This document shows, piece after piece, positions 42,702 to 57,358 of a DNA stretch of 64,000 nucleotides. How positions within the stretch are numbered: position 1 is the first letter of the stretch; each line of letters opens with the position of its first letter. A program made the position numbers and the translations under genes. A model generated the notes under the pieces. The model saw only the letters and a program-made list of their open reading frames with translations. It made no database searches and was not told the origin of the DNA. Origin of the DNA: Escherichia coli 042 (GTDB lineage: Bacteria > Pseudomonadota > Gammaproteobacteria > Enterobacterales > Enterobacteriaceae); assembly GCF_000027125.1 (NCBI RefSeq), contig NC_017626.1; one strand, 5' to 3'.

Positions 42702-43151
42702 TTATTTCCCGTAACCTTTTGACGGGGTAAAGGTATTCCCCACGATTGGCGCGGTATCGGCCTGCGGTACGTGACATTGCAGACAGAAATAACGACGCGG
42801 AGCCACTTCCGCGCCCACTTTGCCGTCGCTGTCCATAAAGTGAGTAGGACTGATGCGCGGCGCGCCAGTGGTGCGATAGCTTTCGACACCGTGGCACTGC
42901 AAGCAGCGGTTGGTATTGGTCGTTACCTGATAACCTTCAACGCTATGCGGGATCATTGGCGGCTGATTCACATAGTTCAGCGGCATCCGTTCCTGCTCTT
43001 TTGGCATCCGAATGGCCCCTTCCTGCGTCCCGGATACTTCCGGCGACTGGCTAAAATCGACGCCATTAGCCGCCCAAACCGCGCCGCTCACCACCAGGGC
43101 CAGCATCGCCGTCCATTGACACAGCGCTTTCTTCAGGTCATGGCTTTTCAT
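42702..43151 (-). CDS. napB: periplasmic nitrate reductase diheme cytochrome c subunit NapB
   Basis: 149 aa from the internal [16 protein letters not shown]...; two CxxCH motifs (CLQCH twice). Confidence 0.92.
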   Translation of the reverse strand: MKSHDLKKALCQWTAMLALVVSGAVWAANGVDFSQSPEVSGTQEGAIRMPKEQERMPLNYVNQPPMIPHSVEGYQVTTNTNRCLQCHGVESYRTTGAPRISPTHFMDSDGKVGAEVAPRRYFCLQCHVPQADTAPIVGNTFTPSKGYGK

Positions 43152-44011
43152 GATTTCGCTCCCGAACTCCATCGTGTAGTTATTGTAAATACATCCTCAG
43201 AACAGACATCCACGCAGCGACCGCACGTCATGCAATCGCGGCTGGTGACCTGCACCGGGCTTTGTTCATCCAGCACCGGGGCACGTAGCACATGCGGTTC
43301 CGGGCAAACATGAAAACAATCCATACAGCGGTTACATTTCTGCCGATCGGTGGCCGCAACGGTAATGACACCTTTGCTACCCAGCACGCCATACAGCGCG
43401 CCAACCGGACAAATGTGCCCGCACCAGCCGTGTTCAACGACCAGTAGATCAAATAAAAACAGCGCGAGAATAAGCAGCGCGCCGCTGCCGAATCCCATTA
43501 CCAGACTGCGCCCCATCAGGGAAACGGGGTTGATCCATTCCCAGATGAGTGTGCCGGTTAAGGCCGATCCCAGCAGAATGACCACCAACAGCACGTAGCG
43601 AATGTGGCGAGGGATCGTCGCAGACTGATTGAGGTCAAAGCGCCTGCGTAACCAGTTCGCTAAGTCGGTAATCGGGTTCAGCGGGCAGACCCAGCTGCAA
43701 AATAATCGCTTTCCTGCCAGGGCGTAGAGCACGGTGATAATTACCGCACCGGTCAACGCCACCGTGGCAGGCAGATGACCGCTGGCAAGACTTTGCAGCG
43801 TCATCAGCGGATCGGTCAGCGGAACGGTGTCGAATAACAGGCTACTGCTGTAGTTGCCGTGCAAGATCCACACACCAAACCACGGACCGCTCAAAAACAT
43901 CCCCAGCACGAAGAACTGACAAAGGCGACGTAACACCAGCCAACGGTGGCTGCGCCACCAGCCTTTTTTCTCCAGCGCCTCGCGCCCGGCGTCACGTTTA
44001 CGATTTGCCAT
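43148..44011 (-). CDS. napH: ferredoxin-type membrane protein NapH
   Basis: 287 aa; TM helices plus C-terminal 4Fe-4S Cys clusters. Confidence 0.92.
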
Positions 44012-44693
44012 TGTTCCCCTCCAGCCAGCCGAAGCGGTAATGGTGACCTAACTCCCCTTTCGCCAGTGACAGCGGTAACACCTTGATTGCCGGTTGTTCC
44101 AGCACGCACACTTTTTCGCACTTACCGCAGCCGGTACAGGCGTCGCTGTGAACCGTCGGCAGAAAGCGGGCGTGCTTACCGGTACGCGTGTTGCGCTCCA
44201 GCTCCAGGGTGATTGCCTCATCAATTTTCGGGCATTCGCGATAACAAACATCGCAGCGCAGCCCCTGAAAGTTGAGACAGTTTTCCTGGTCCACCAGTAC
44301 CGCCAGCCCCATCCGCGCGTCGTCGATCGATTCGATCTCACGATCCAGCGCACCGCTCGGGCACACTTTGGCGCACGGAATGTCCTCACACATTTCGCAA
44401 GGAATATCCCGTGCGACAAAATATGGCGTGCCCGCCGACAGGCCAGAAGCCAGCGTCGCCAGTTTTAAGGTGTCATAAGGGCAAGCCTGAACACACTGAC
44501 CGCAACGCACACAGGCACTGGCAAAGGCGTTCTCGTTTATGGCTCCGGGCGGGCGCAACCGCACGCCAGATGCGCGTGCGGTTTGCTGTTGTAACCCCAG
44601 CGCCACACCCACGGCAGCCAGCCCGCCAGCTGTGCGAACGACATCGCGCAGAAAGCGGCGGCGACCATTTTGAGGTTTCGCTGACCGGGACAT
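43998..44693 (-). CDS. napG: ferredoxin-type protein NapG
   Basis: 231 aa; Tat-like RRRFLR signal; multiple CxxCxxCxxxCP motifs. Confidence 0.92.
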
Positions 44694-44699
44694 AATGGC

Positions 44700-47186
44700 T
44701 TACACCTTCTCCAGTTTGACCGCGCACTTCTTGAAGTCCGTCTCTTTCGAGAGCGGATCGGTCGCATCCAGCGTCAGTTTGTTAACCAGCTGTGCGGCGT
44801 CGAAGAACGGCATGTACACCAGGCCCTGCGGCGGACGGTTACGACCGCGCGTTTCGACAATCGAGATCACTTCGCCACGGCGAGAAACCACTTTCACTTT
44901 GTCGCCACGGCGCAGATCGCGCGCTTTCGCATCCAACGGGTGAATAAACAGGACCGCTTCCGGGAAGGCACGGTGCAGTTCCGGTACACGGCGAGTCATA
45001 CTGCCGGTATGCCAGTGCTCCAGGACGCGTCCGGTAGAGAGCCACAGGTCGTACTCTTCATCCGGTGCCTCCGCCGCCGGTTCGAACGGCAGCGCGAAGA
45101 TCACCGCTTTGCCATCCGGTTTACCGTAGAACTTGTAGCCTTCGCCCGCTTTCACGTATGGGTCGTTACCTTCGCTGTAACGCCACTGCGTTTCTTTACC
45201 GTTCACTACCGGCCAGCGCAGACCGCGTGCTTTGTGGTAATCATCGAACGGTGCCAGATCGTGACCGTGACCACGACCAAACCATGCGTACTCTTCGAAC
45301 AGCCCTTTTTGCAGATAGAAGCCCAGCTCGCGGGATTCATCGTTCAGCTGATCTTCCGCCAGTTCTGATACCGGGAATTTGCTCACTTCCGGGGTGGCAT
45401 ACAGAACTTCGTACAGCGTTTTGCCACGCAGTTCCGGTTTCTTCGCCAGCAGCTCTTCCGGCCATACTTCTTCAGTTTTGAAGCGGCGGGAGAACTGGAC
45501 TAACTGCCAGAGATCCGATTTCGCTTCGCCCGGTGCCTGTACCTGCTGACGCCAGAATTGAGTACGGCGTTCGGCGTTACCGTAAGCCCCCTCTTTCTCT
45601 ACCCACATTGCGGTCGGCAGAATCAAGTCCGCTGCCAGCGCACTGACTGTCGGATACGGATCGGAGACGATGATGAAGTTGCGCGGATCGCGCCAGCCCG
45701 GCATACGCTCTTCATTGATGTTCGGCCCGGCCTGCATGTTGTTGGTACACATGGTCCAGTAAACATTCAGCTTGCCGTCTTTCAGCGCACGGTCTTGTGC
45801 CACCGCGTGCAGACCGATTTTCGCCGGAATGGTGCCGCTCGGGATATTCCACTTCTTCTCGCAGATATCACGGTGTTTCTCGTTAGTCACCACCATGTCC
45901 GCAGGCAGACGGTGAGCAAAGGTGCCCACTTCACGCGCAGTACCACACGCGGAAGGCTGCCCGGTCAGGGAGAACGGACCGCAACCCGGCTGGGAAATTT
46001 TGCCGGTCAGCAGGTGCAGGTTGTAGACCAGGTTGTTGGCCCACACGCCACGAGTATGCTGGTTGAAGCCCATCGTCCAGTAGGAGATGACTTTCTTGTT
46101 CGGATCGGCATACAGCTGCGCCAGTTGTTCCAGCTGATCTTTTGGTACGCCAGTCATTTCGGCGGTTTTTTCCAGCGTATACTCGGCAACGAAGGCTTTG
46201 TAATCTTCAAAGCTCATCGGTTCGGAGGCGTCAGAACCCGGATTCTTCGCTGCTTTTTCCAGCGGATGGGTCGGACGTAAACCGTAGCCGATGTCCGTCG
46301 CCCCTTTGCGCAGGTTAACGTGCTTGCTGAAGAAGTCCTGATTTATCGCATTGTTTTGAATGATATAGTTGGCGATGTAGTTCAGGATCACCAGGTCAGA
46401 TTGCGGCGTAAAGATGATGCCGTTATCCGCCAGCTCGAAGCTACGATGCTGGTAGGTAGAAAGCACCGCCACGGTGACGTTCTGGTTAGAGAGACGACGG
46501 TTAGTGATGCGTGACCAGAGGATCGGGTGCATCTCCGCCATGTTAGCGCCCCACAGCACAAACGCGTCAGCCTGCTCGATGTCGTCATAGCAGCCCATCG
46601 GCTCATCCATACCAAAGGTACGCATAAAGCCAACTACTGCCGACGCCATACAGTGACGCGCGTTCGGGTCGATGTTGTTCGAACGGAAGCCCGCTTTAAA
46701 CAGCTTGGACGCGGCATAACCTTCCCAGATAGTCCACTGACCAGAACCGAACATACCGATCGACTCCGGCCCTTTTTCTTTCAGGGCGGTTTTGAATTTC
46801 TCTTCCATCACATCGAAGGCCTGATCCCAGGTGATTGGGGTAAATTCGCCTTCTTTGTCATATTTACCGTTTTTCATACGCAGCAGCGGCTGCGTCAAAC
46901 GGTCTTTACCGTACATGATTTTGGGCAGGAAATAGCCCTTAATGCAGTTCAGACCACGGTTAACCGGTGCGTCCGGGTCGCCCTGACAGGCCACCACACG
47001 CCCCTGCTGCGTTCCGACCAGAACGCCGCAACCAGTACCGCAGAAACGGCACGGCGCTTTATCCCATTTAATGGCTTCCTGCTGACCAACAACGGCGCGG
47101 GCAACGCCCGGCACGCTGAGACCGGCAGCCGCCGCAGCGGCCGCAACGGCGTTAGCTTTCATAAAGCTACGACGACTGAGTTTCAT
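44700..47186 (-). CDS. napA: periplasmic nitrate reductase catalytic subunit NapA
   Basis: 828 aa; Tat signal SRRSFMK; N-terminal Cys cluster CRFCGTGC; molybdopterin oxidoreductase size. Confidence 0.95.
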   Translation of the reverse strand: MKLSRRSFMKANAVAAAAAAAGLSVPGVARAVVGQQEAIKWDKAPCRFCGTGCGVLVGTQQGRVVACQGDPDAPVNRGLNCIKGYFLPKIMYGKDRLTQPLLRMKNGKYDKEGEFTPITWDQAFDVMEEKFKTALKEKGPESIGMFGSGQWTIWEGYAASKLFKAGFRSNNIDPNARHCMASAVVGFMRTFGMDEPMGCYDDIEQADAFVLWGANMAEMHPILWSRITNRRLSNQNVTVAVLSTYQHRSFELADNGIIFTPQSDLVILNYIANYIIQNNAINQDFFSKHVNLRKGATDIGYGLRPTHPLEKAAKNPGSDASEPMSFEDYKAFVAEYTLEKTAEMTGVPKDQLEQLAQLYADPNKKVISYWTMGFNQHTRGVWANNLVYNLHLLTGKISQPGCGPFSLTGQPSACGTAREVGTFAHRLPADMVVTNEKHRDICEKKWNIPSGTIPAKIGLHAVAQDRALKDGKLNVYWTMCTNNMQAGPNINEERMPGWRDPRNFIIVSDPYPTVSALAADLILPTAMWVEKEGAYGNAERRTQFWRQQVQAPGEAKSDLWQLVQFSRRFKTEEVWPEELLAKKPELRGKTLYEVLYATPEVSKFPVSELAEDQLNDESRELGFYLQKGLFEEYAWFGRGHGHDLAPFDDYHKARGLRWPVVNGKETQWRYSEGNDPYVKAGEGYKFYGKPDGKAVIFALPFEPAAEAPDEEYDLWLSTGRVLEHWHTGSMTRRVPELHRAFPEAVLFIHPLDAKARDLRRGDKVKVVSRRGEVISIVETRGRNRPPQGLVYMPFFDAAQLVNKLTLDATDPLSKETDFKKCAVKLEKV

Positions 47187-47446
47187 GGTGTTTCCTCACC
47201 TTGCTCTTCCTGCTGGTGATAAACCAGCGACACCGCCAGCACGCCCTCTACGTTGCGTACTGACTCAATGATTTGGATCAGCGTTTCGCTGTCTTCTGCT
47301 TCCACCACCACAATCAACTGACCGCTCGGCGCGTCGCTGACAGCAACTTCACAGCCGGGAAAGGCGTTCAGTTGGGTGCTGATGTCTGAAATTCGTTCGC
47401 TTTTGGCCTGCACGACCAGGCTGCAAACTTGCCAGTTAGTGTGCAT
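47183..47446 (-). CDS. napD: NapA chaperone NapD
   Basis: 87-aa ORF overlapping the napA start. Confidence 0.9.
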   Translation of the reverse strand: MHTNWQVCSLVVQAKSERISDISTQLNAFPGCEVAVSDAPSGQLIVVVEAEDSETLIQIIESVRNVEGVLAVSLVYHQQEEQGEETP

Positions 47447-47930
47447 GGAGATACTCCGCAGTTATGGCTGATACCGGACAGCTGGCTGCACATGCTCCAC
47501 ATCCGTTGCAAAGTTGGCTATTAAGTTGCGGCTGGTAGATCCCGGAGAGCGTCGGGCGAAAGATAATTGCCATTGGCTCACAGCTATCCTGACAGCGGCG
47601 GCATTCAACTGACTGATACGCCAGGCACGCGTCCCCAATGGTGAACTGCAAATCCCAGGCCCTGGTGTGGCGCGGAGAAAATAGCGATTCGGGGCAAGCC
47701 TGCGCGCAGGCGTAACAGAAGCTGCACTCGTTATTTTTGAAGTTAACGCTCGGATAGCCGCCCGCGCCGCGTTGCAGAATGTTGTTTTCACAAGCATTAA
47801 TACAGGCGTCGCAGCGAGTGCAATGGGTCAGAAAATGAGATTCATCACCGGACCAGGGCGGACGGATACCGTTACTGGCTTTGCGCCAGCGACCAGTGAG
47901 TATGCCCCGACGGGATGCATCAATCTTCAC
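47436..47930 (-). CDS. napF: ferredoxin-type protein NapF
   Basis: 164 aa; several 4Fe-4S CxxCxxCxxxC motifs; first gene of the nap operon. Confidence 0.92.
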   Translation of the reverse strand: MKIDASRRGILTGRWRKASNGIRPPWSGDESHFLTHCTRCDACINACENNILQRGAGGYPSVNFKNNECSFCYACAQACPESLFSPRHTRAWDLQFTIGDACLAYQSVECRRCQDSCEPMAIIFRPTLSGIYQPQLNSQLCNGCGACAASCPVSAITAEYLHAH

Positions 47931-48043
47931 ATTGACCTTCCATCATTAACGCGCTCTGAAAATTGAGAGCGACCAAATAAACCGCATAATTAATAAGCCA
48001 TTTTTATAGCCGCTAAGATATTAAAGGATGTGTCAAAGATGCA

Positions 48044-48059
48044 TACCCCGATCGGGGTA
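48044..48059. promoter_or_regulatory. NarP/NarL 7-2-7 heptamer pair in the napF promoter
   Basis: TACCCCGATCGGGGTA is a perfect inverted pair of TACYYMT heptamers with 2-bp spacing, about 115-130 bp upstream of the napF start codon (plausible -44.5 position). A weaker FNR-like half-site pair lies nearby at about 48066-48079. Confidence 0.7.
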
Positions 48060-48337
48060 AAACCTGTAGCAGGATCAAAAGAGTGGCGGGAAGCGTGGCA
48101 AAAACGGGCTTTTGCTCACATTTCAAATGGTTATAAACATACTTATATAGCGATTAATTCACCAGAGATATTTATGTCGGTTTGTTCTCTCACCAGAATT
48201 TAACACTAAAAGAGCAGGTAAAATTGTCTGAATGTTCTTTAAGTTATTCATAAAGCAAATTAATAAATCTGATGAATATGTTAACCTTCAGCGACATCAT
48301 CGGTGAAAACCTATAAATGAAGAAGGAAAGCAAAAAA

Positions 48338-48826
48338 ATGAAGACCATTCTACCTGCAGTATTGTTTGCCGCTTTCGCCACCACTTCCGCCTGGGCGGCA
48401 GAAAGCGTCCAGCCACTGGAAAAAATCGCGCCTTATCCACAAGCTGAAAAAGGCATGAAGCGTCAGGTGATTCAGTTAACCCCGCAAGAAGATGAATCTA
48501 CCCTGAAAGTAGAACTGTTAATCGGCCAGACGCTGGAAGTCGATTGCAATTTGCATCGTCTCGGCGGGAAGCTGGAAAGCAAAACGCTGGAAGGCTGGGG
48601 CTATGATTATTACGTCTTTGATAAAGTTAGCTCGCCGGTTTCCACGATGATGGCCTGCCCGGATGGCAAGAAAGAGAAGAAATTTGTCACCGCGTATCTG
48701 GGCGATGCCGGAATGCTGCGTTATAACAGCAAGCTGCCGATCGTGGTGTATACGCCAGACAATGTGGATGTGAAGTACCGCATCTGGAAGGCGGAAGAGA
48801 AAATTGACAACGCGGTAGTTCGCTAA
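48338..48826 (+). CDS. eco: serine protease inhibitor ecotin
   Basis: 162 aa from the internal [23 protein letters not shown]... (signal peptide). Confidence 0.93.
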   Translation: MKTILPAVLFAAFATTSAWAAESVQPLEKIAPYPQAEKGMKRQVIQLTPQEDESTLKVELLIGQTLEVDCNLHRLGGKLESKTLEGWGYDYYVFDKVSSPVSTMMACPDGKKEKKFVTAYLGDAGMLRYNSKLPIVVYTPDNVDVKYRIWKAEEKIDNAVVR

Positions 48827-48840
48827 ACTGCTGTGAAGTG

Positions 48841-48975
48841 CGGCACCCCGTAGGTCGGATAAGGCGGTCACGCCGCATCCGACATCTAACGCCCGAGCCG
48901 GTTGACTGATGCGACGCTGACGCGTCTTATCTGCATATGCCACATCCGGCATACCATGCCGGATGTGGCATATCA
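48841..48975. repeat. REP/BIME-type repetitive extragenic palindromes
   Basis: Contains ...ccggttgactgatgcgacgctgacgcgtcttatctgcatatgccacatccggc... with the typical REP consensus (GATGCGACGC...GCGTCTTATC) and the inverted repeat gccacatccggcat/atgccggatgtggc. Confidence 0.75.
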
Positions 48976-50634
<1,659 letters not shown>

Positions 50635-50839
50635 TTACTTTTAGTCGCTTTATTGCAGGTGAGATTTGCGCGGCATCAACGGTAACACTTAAGTAACAAC
50701 ATTTAAATAATGTTTATAAATTATATTCTAATTTTAGAAACATTATAATTTCGTTGATTAATTATAGGGTTATTAGAAACGAAGGTATTTTTAGAATATT
50801 GACCTGGCGGCAGCAGTCCGCCAGGTCAGCGTCGTAATA

Positions 50840-52483
50840 TTATGCCGTCCGGGCAACAGCATCACGCGAAGCAGCATCGCGCTCTTCGCCCGTCAGCTCG
50901 CTAAGTTGCCCGTTGCGCATTTCCAGCAGGCGGTCGGCGTGGATAAAGTAATGATCATCATGACTGATGGCGAAAATAGTTTTACCCATCTCCTGCATCA
51001 GCGGCAGCAACACCTGATAAAACTCACGACGGAAGTGTGGATCCTGATCCGCCGCCCATTCATCCAGCAGGATAATATCGCGTTCTTCTGCCAGCGCCAG
51101 CAACAGCGCCACGCGTTTTTTCTGCCCTTTCGATAACTTCAGGTTAACAATACGCCCGTTACTTAACTCAAGCTTATGAGCCATTTTCAGCTGCGCCAGC
51201 CACTTCTCAACCAGTTGCGGGTTAGCGGGTTGCCCCTCCGGCCCCAGCAGTTGATCAAACAGCCAGACATCGGTAAACACCGCCGAAAACAGTTTGCGAT
51301 AATCTTCCGGTTGTTCGCCGCTGACAGGTTTGCCATCCAGCAAGATTTCGCCGCTTTGTGGCTGATACAAGCCCGTCAGCAACATCGCCAGCGTCGATTT
51401 TCCGCTACCGTTGCCGCCAATCAGAAACAGCAGCTCGCCACGTTTGATGGTGAGATTAATCGGACCAACGGAAAACGCGTTATCCTGATAAGCAAACGTC
51501 ACGTTACGCAGCTCCAGCGTTTGCCAGTTGGGAAACGCCTGCGGGCGCGGAAACTCTGCTTTGAAAGGCGCGAGCGCGAATTTGTTCAGCTTGTTAAACG
51601 CCACCTGCGCCGTCAGCAGCGTCGGCAATGCGCCAACCGCCGAAAGCAGCGGCGTACGCAGGAATAACAACGTCAACGAATAGGTCGCGGCAACGTTGGT
51701 ATCAGCCCAACCGAGACTGTTCGCCATCCAGAACACCAGGCCGATTGCGCCCAGCATCATGATGTTTGACCAGTTCACGGCACTAAGATGGAAGGTGTCT
51801 GCGCGGATAATATGATGGCGATACTCTTGCGCATCAGGAATGTAGAGGTTGTTAAACACATACTCGGCGCGTTCCCGGTTCAGAGTCAGCTCTTTGCGCC
51901 CTTCGAGTACGGTTTGAAAATCCGTGTACAGCTTGTCTTCGGTTTCACGCAGGGTCGCCATGTGTTTGTACACCCGCGCCACCAGTACAAAACCACCCCA
52001 GATGGTGACTGCCATCCAGATAGCCGTTACCAGCAACATTTTGCCCGACAGCATCCACAGATACGCCGCTGAACCGATAGTGAGAATGATCCCCTGCACC
52101 AGTTCCGGCAGACGCACAAAAGCAATGGTGATATTGCGCACATCGCTGGTTAACCCCGCCAGCAACGAGGCGCTACCGAGTTGTTCAATGCGCTCGACGT
52201 GGGTATCCAGAATCCGCTTGATAAATTCACTACGCAGTCGGTAAACGAAGTGATGCCCCAAAGTGGTGAGCGCCAGTTGCGATCCGAGAGTGACTGCCAT
52301 CAACAGCAGCAATAATCCCAGAAACTCCGGTAACACCAGCAGACTGGTATCCGCCGTTTCGATAAGGCGCTGATTGATAAAAGCAATTAAGCCAATGCCT
52401 AATGCCGCACTGGCGAGGCTTAGCGCCATCACACTGATAAATGGCCAGCGATACTGCCGCCAGACAAGTACAAGAAGTTCCAT
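50840..52483 (-). CDS. yojI: ABC-type efflux transporter YojI (microcin J25 exporter)
   Basis: 547 aa; N-terminal TM domain; C-terminal ABC domain with Walker [10 protein letters not shown] and LSKGQKKR signature. Confidence 0.92.
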   Translation of the reverse strand: MELLVLVWRQYRWPFISVMALSLASAALGIGLIAFINQRLIETADTSLLVLPEFLGLLLLLMAVTLGSQLALTTLGHHFVYRLRSEFIKRILDTHVERIEQLGSASLLAGLTSDVRNITIAFVRLPELVQGIILTIGSAAYLWMLSGKMLLVTAIWMAVTIWGGFVLVARVYKHMATLRETEDKLYTDFQTVLEGRKELTLNRERAEYVFNNLYIPDAQEYRHHIIRADTFHLSAVNWSNIMMLGAIGLVFWMANSLGWADTNVAATYSLTLLFLRTPLLSAVGALPTLLTAQVAFNKLNKFALAPFKAEFPRPQAFPNWQTLELRNVTFAYQDNAFSVGPINLTIKRGELLFLIGGNGSGKSTLAMLLTGLYQPQSGEILLDGKPVSGEQPEDYRKLFSAVFTDVWLFDQLLGPEGQPANPQLVEKWLAQLKMAHKLELSNGRIVNLKLSKGQKKRVALLLALAEERDIILLDEWAADQDPHFRREFYQVLLPLMQEMGKTIFAISHDDHYFIHADRLLEMRNGQLSELTGEERDAASRDAVARTA

Positions 52484-52558
52484 GCAGAAAACCCGGACAA
52501 TGAATTACAGCCCGCAGTTTAAACATCTTCGCGCGCACAGCAATAATAATTCTTATTT

Positions 52559-53209
52559 TTATTCTTTTTTACCTGCCTGACGGAATGTCAGGTTGTAGCG
52601 GCAGTCGGCGGTGAGTGGATGAAACCCCGCTTTCAACGGTTGAATACCGTGATAAAACAGCCGCGATTCACCGCCCCATACCACCACATCGCCATGTTCC
52701 AACAACAAACGTTTGAGCGGATCATTTCGTTTCAGGCCGCCAAATTGAAAAATCGCGGGTAAGCCCAGAGAAACAGAAACAATCGGCGCGCGCAGATCCG
52801 GTTCGTCTTTATCCTGATGCAGCGACAGTTTCGCGCCAGGAGCGTAGCGGTTGATAAGACAAGCATCTGGCTGGAAATCTGGATAGCCCGCCGCCGTAGC
52901 CGCACGTTGACATAAATCATGAAAGCTTTGTGGCATGGCGGGCCACGGTTTATTTGTTTGCGGATCAATGGGCGAATAGAGATAACCTTGCCGATGGGTC
53001 GTCCAGCCCAGATGCCCACAGTTGGTCATCGCCACCGACATGGTATATCCGCCTGGAGTGACCATCTGGCGAAACGGCGACTGGCTGGCAACATCATTAA
53101 TATCGCGGATCAGTTGCTCCGCAGCGTTAAAAGCAAAACGCCGTAAAATCACCGCTCCAGCCGCCAGTGGCTCTTGCCACGGTTCAGCATCGGCAAACAG
53201 ATCCAACAT
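52559..53209 (-). CDS. alkB: alpha-ketoglutarate-dependent dioxygenase AlkB
   Basis: 216 aa; MLDLFADAEPWQEPLAAGAVILRRFAF...; HxD...H iron-binding pattern; overlaps the ada stop. Confidence 0.95.
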   Translation of the reverse strand: MLDLFADAEPWQEPLAAGAVILRRFAFNAAEQLIRDINDVASQSPFRQMVTPGGYTMSVAMTNCGHLGWTTHRQGYLYSPIDPQTNKPWPAMPQSFHDLCQRAATAAGYPDFQPDACLINRYAPGAKLSLHQDKDEPDLRAPIVSVSLGLPAIFQFGGLKRNDPLKRLLLEHGDVVVWGGESRLFYHGIQPLKAGFHPLTADCRYNLTFRQAGKKE

Positions 53210-54273
53210 TACCTCTCCTCATTTTCAACTTCGCGGCGCAGCAGTTGCGCTTTGCGCGACACGCCCCAGCGGTAACCGGAAAGTGTGCCATCACCACGGA
53301 CCACCCGATGACAGGGTATTATGATAGCCAGCTTGTTGGCGGCACAGGCGCTGGCAACGGCCCGTACCGCTTTCGGTTTGCCGATGGCGTTAGCCAGTTG
53401 CTGATAACTGACGGTTTCACCGCAAGGTATCGTGCGCAGTGCCTGCCAGACTTGTTGCTGAAAAGCAGTGCCGTGAATGTCCAGCGGTAACGTCAGCGGC
53501 GTATCGCGTTGATTGAGGCTGGCGATCACGTCACGCACATGTTGTTGAAACGTCAAATCGGCAGGCGCGTTGTCGGCAGCGGGAAACATCTGCTGCAACT
53601 CGCTGATTAATGTCGCGTCATCATCGCCCAGCAATATCGCGCAAATCCCCCGCTCGCTTTCTGCCACCAGGCAACGGCCCAGCTCACAATCAGCCAGCGC
53701 GTAACGCACCGCCAGATTTTCGCCACCGTGACGGAATTGTTTAGCCGTCATGCCCAGCGTTTCGTCGGCTTTGCGGTAGTAACTGCTGCTGTCGGGAAAT
53801 CCGGCGTTAAGAATAGATGTAGTCACGCTCTCCCCTTTCGCCAGCGATTCGCGCAAACGGCGAGCGCGCCAGGCCTGTTGCCAGGCTTTAGGCGTCATTC
53901 CGGTAGTCGCTTTAAACAACCGATGCAGATGGAACGGACTCATCGCCACCTGGTCGGCTAAGGCTTCCAGCGTTACAGGCGTTTCCTGTTCCAGAAGTCG
54001 GCAGGCGTGGGTAATTTTATCAAGCCGATGTTGCTGGGCATTGGCTTTGTCTGGCTGACAACGTTTGCAGGGGCGAAATCCGGCGGCGAGTGCCTCGCTG
54101 GCATTTGCGTAGAAGGAGACATTTTCCCGCAAGGCATGTCTGGCGCGGCAAGACGGACGGCAAAAGATACCCGTGGTGCGCACGGCGAAAACGAATTCGC
54201 CGTCGGCATTCGGGTCGCGGGCTAAGACAGATTGCCAGCGTTGATCGTCAGTTAAGCATGTGGCGTTTTTCAT
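53209..54273 (-). CDS. ada: bifunctional regulator / O6-methylguanine-DNA methyltransferase Ada
   Basis: 354 aa; N-terminal Cys cluster (CRPSC...CKRC); AraC-type HTH; C-terminal PCHRV active site. Confidence 0.95.
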   Translation of the reverse strand: MKNATCLTDDQRWQSVLARDPNADGEFVFAVRTTGIFCRPSCRARHALRENVSFYANASEALAAGFRPCKRCQPDKANAQQHRLDKITHACRLLEQETPVTLEALADQVAMSPFHLHRLFKATTGMTPKAWQQAWRARRLRESLAKGESVTTSILNAGFPDSSSYYRKADETLGMTAKQFRHGGENLAVRYALADCELGRCLVAESERGICAILLGDDDATLISELQQMFPAADNAPADLTFQQHVRDVIASLNQRDTPLTLPLDIHGTAFQQQVWQALRTIPCGETVSYQQLANAIGKPKAVRAVASACAANKLAIIIPCHRVVRGDGTLSGYRWGVSRKAQLLRREVENEER

Positions 54274-54346
54274 AATCAGCTCCCTGGTTAAGGATAGCCT
54301 TTAGTCTGCCCGGTCACCATCACGCAAAAACCAACAATCTTGCGCT

Positions 54347-55402
54347 TTAATTTTTTTCGCTGATAAGGAAGCTTTTAAACTGCGGCGACATCCAGGTTTT
54401 AAAATTATCGCCCTCTTTGGTGATCATATAAACCGCCAGCCCTTCCCGACGAACAACCTCTTTGGCTTTCTCCGGCCCCAGTACCATCAAGCCAGTATCC
54501 CAGGCATCGGCTTCCAGCGCCGTCGGAGCAATCACCGTCACGGATACCAGATTGTGTTCGATGGGACGCCCGGTTTGCGGATCGATAACATGAGAAAGAC
54601 GTTTGCCGTCCAGTTCGTAATAGTTACGGTAGCTGCCAGAGGTACTAATCCCATGACCGTTGATATCCACCACGGCCTGAACCGCGTTTTCTTTATCGGT
54701 TGGTTTTTGAATCGCTACCCGCCACGGCTGGCCTGCACCGTTCATACCACGGCTGTTCAGCGCGCCGCCCACCGACACCAGATAGCGGGAAATCCCTTCC
54801 TGCTCCATCAAGCGTGCCAGGTGATCCGCCGCATAACCTTCACCGACGGTAGAGAGATCGACATATAAATCCGGCAGGTCTTTTTGCAGATATTGCTGGT
54901 GGGACTGATTAATCACCGTCAGGTGCTGTAAGCCGGTTTTGGCTTTCATCGCATCGATCTGTTCCTGGCTCGGAATTTGAATCGGCTGTTGTTCCGGGCC
55001 AAAGCCCCACAGATTCACCAGCGGCCCGACGGTTATATCCATCGCACCATCGGTCCTTGCGCCAATGCGCAGCGAGGTGGTGACGATATCGGCCATCGCT
55101 TCACTTACCGGCCACGGCGATAAACTTTGCGAGTCGTTAAATCGCATCAGCGCGGAATCTTTTTTATAGGTCGAAAGCAGCTGATCGTCGGCGTCCAGCT
55201 GGGTCTGAATCTTTTCTTTAAGTTCGGCACTGCGTTTGGCGTCAATGCCCGGAATGCTGGCACGCCAGAAGGTACCCATGGTTTTGCCTTCAAGAACGAT
55301 AACTTCAGTAGCGTGGGTTTTGGCGGGTTGTGGTTTTTGATCGCAACCAACAAAGAAGAGCGCGGCAGCCAGCAGTGCCACGCGGGTAAAGCTTATTTCC
55401 AT
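54347..55402 (-). CDS. apbE: FAD:protein FMN transferase ApbE (lipoprotein)
   Basis: 351 aa; lipoprotein signal ...LFFVGCDQ; synteny. Confidence 0.92.
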   Translation of the reverse strand: MEISFTRVALLAAALFFVGCDQKPQPAKTHATEVIVLEGKTMGTFWRASIPGIDAKRSAELKEKIQTQLDADDQLLSTYKKDSALMRFNDSQSLSPWPVSEAMADIVTTSLRIGARTDGAMDITVGPLVNLWGFGPEQQPIQIPSQEQIDAMKAKTGLQHLTVINQSHQQYLQKDLPDLYVDLSTVGEGYAADHLARLMEQEGISRYLVSVGGALNSRGMNGAGQPWRVAIQKPTDKENAVQAVVDINGHGISTSGSYRNYYELDGKRLSHVIDPQTGRPIEHNLVSVTVIAPTALEADAWDTGLMVLGPEKAKEVVRREGLAVYMITKEGDNFKTWMSPQFKSFLISEKN

Positions 55403-55471
55403 ACGTGATTATCCTCATGCGAACGGTCGCAAGAGTACACCAAAAAACTGTGTTTGTACGCTGAAAACAAT

Positions 55472-55497
55472 GAAAAAAGGGCCCGCAGGCCCTTTGT
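55472..55497 (-). terminator. rho-independent terminator of ompC
   Basis: aaagggcctgcgggccc followed by a T-run on the minus strand. Confidence 0.75.
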
Positions 55498-55513
55498 TCG
55501 ATATCAATCGAGA

Positions 55514-56635
<1,122 letters not shown>

Positions 56636-56754
56636 TTATATGCCTTTATTTGCTTTTTTATGCCACTGCATACTGATTAACCCTCATTAATCAGTCGGCA
56701 AGTCCATTCTCCCCAAAAATGCAGAATAATCCAACACGAATATGATACTAAAAC

Positions 56755-56810
56755 TTTTAAGATGTTTCATTTATCGCTATAGATGTTTCAAAATGTAAAT
56801 GCAAGGGAAC
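56755..56810. promoter_or_regulatory. OmpR-binding region of the ompC promoter
   Basis: Reverse complement reads ...ttgcatttacattttgaaacatctatagcgataaatgaaacatc..., with tandem TTTACATTTTGAAACATCTA-type OmpR boxes upstream of ompC. Confidence 0.65.
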
Positions 56811-56954
56811 TTTTTAAGATTATTGCGGAATGGCGAAATAAGCACCTAACATCAAGCAATAATAATTCAAGGTTAAAATCAATAACTTATTCTTAAGTAT
56901 TTGACAGCACTGAATGTCAAAACAAAACCTTCACTCGCAACTAGAATAACTCCC

Positions 56955-57047
56955 GCTATCATCATTAACTTTATTTATTACCGTCATTCATTTCTGAATG
57001 TCTGTTTACCCCTATTTCAACCGGATGCCTCGCATCCGGTTTTTTTT
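56955..57047 (+). ncRNA. micF: MicF antisense sRNA
   Basis: gctatcatcattaactttatttattaccgtcattcatttctgaatgtctgtttacccctatttcaaccggatgcctcgcatccggtttttttt: recognisable MicF sequence with intrinsic terminator, divergent from ompC. Confidence 0.9.
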
Positions 57048-57358
57048 ACCCTTCTTTACACACTTTTCATTATTCTGTGCTACCACAGAAAAACTATAAC
57101 GCTTGTTAACTATTTCACAAATAATTAACATCAGCATAATTTCCAGCAATCTTCGTTTATTTGCAATTAATTTCGTTGGGCTTTTTGTAGGTTATTTGTA
57201 CAGCAAAATGGCGCTTGTACATCTATTTCCCCCAATGCAGGATGATAAATATCACGGGAGAATAGAGAATCATCAATCAGGTAAGAGTCTGGAATTTCAC
57301 ACTGTACCCTTTATACTGCCCTATCACTTCGCGAAGTTTTAACAGGTCATAAACACGA

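Noticed and set aside
42090-47930. nap-ccm cluster as a possible novel redox system
   Set aside because: Gene order, sizes, heme-binding CxxCH counts and Fe-S motifs match the canonical napFDAGHBC-ccmABCDEFGH locus; nothing unexplained.
48841-48975. Palindromic repeats after eco (and 60703-60902 after rcsB) as possible transposon ends or att sites
   Set aside because: Sequences match the common REP/BIME consensus found throughout E. coli intergenic regions; no associated recombinase.
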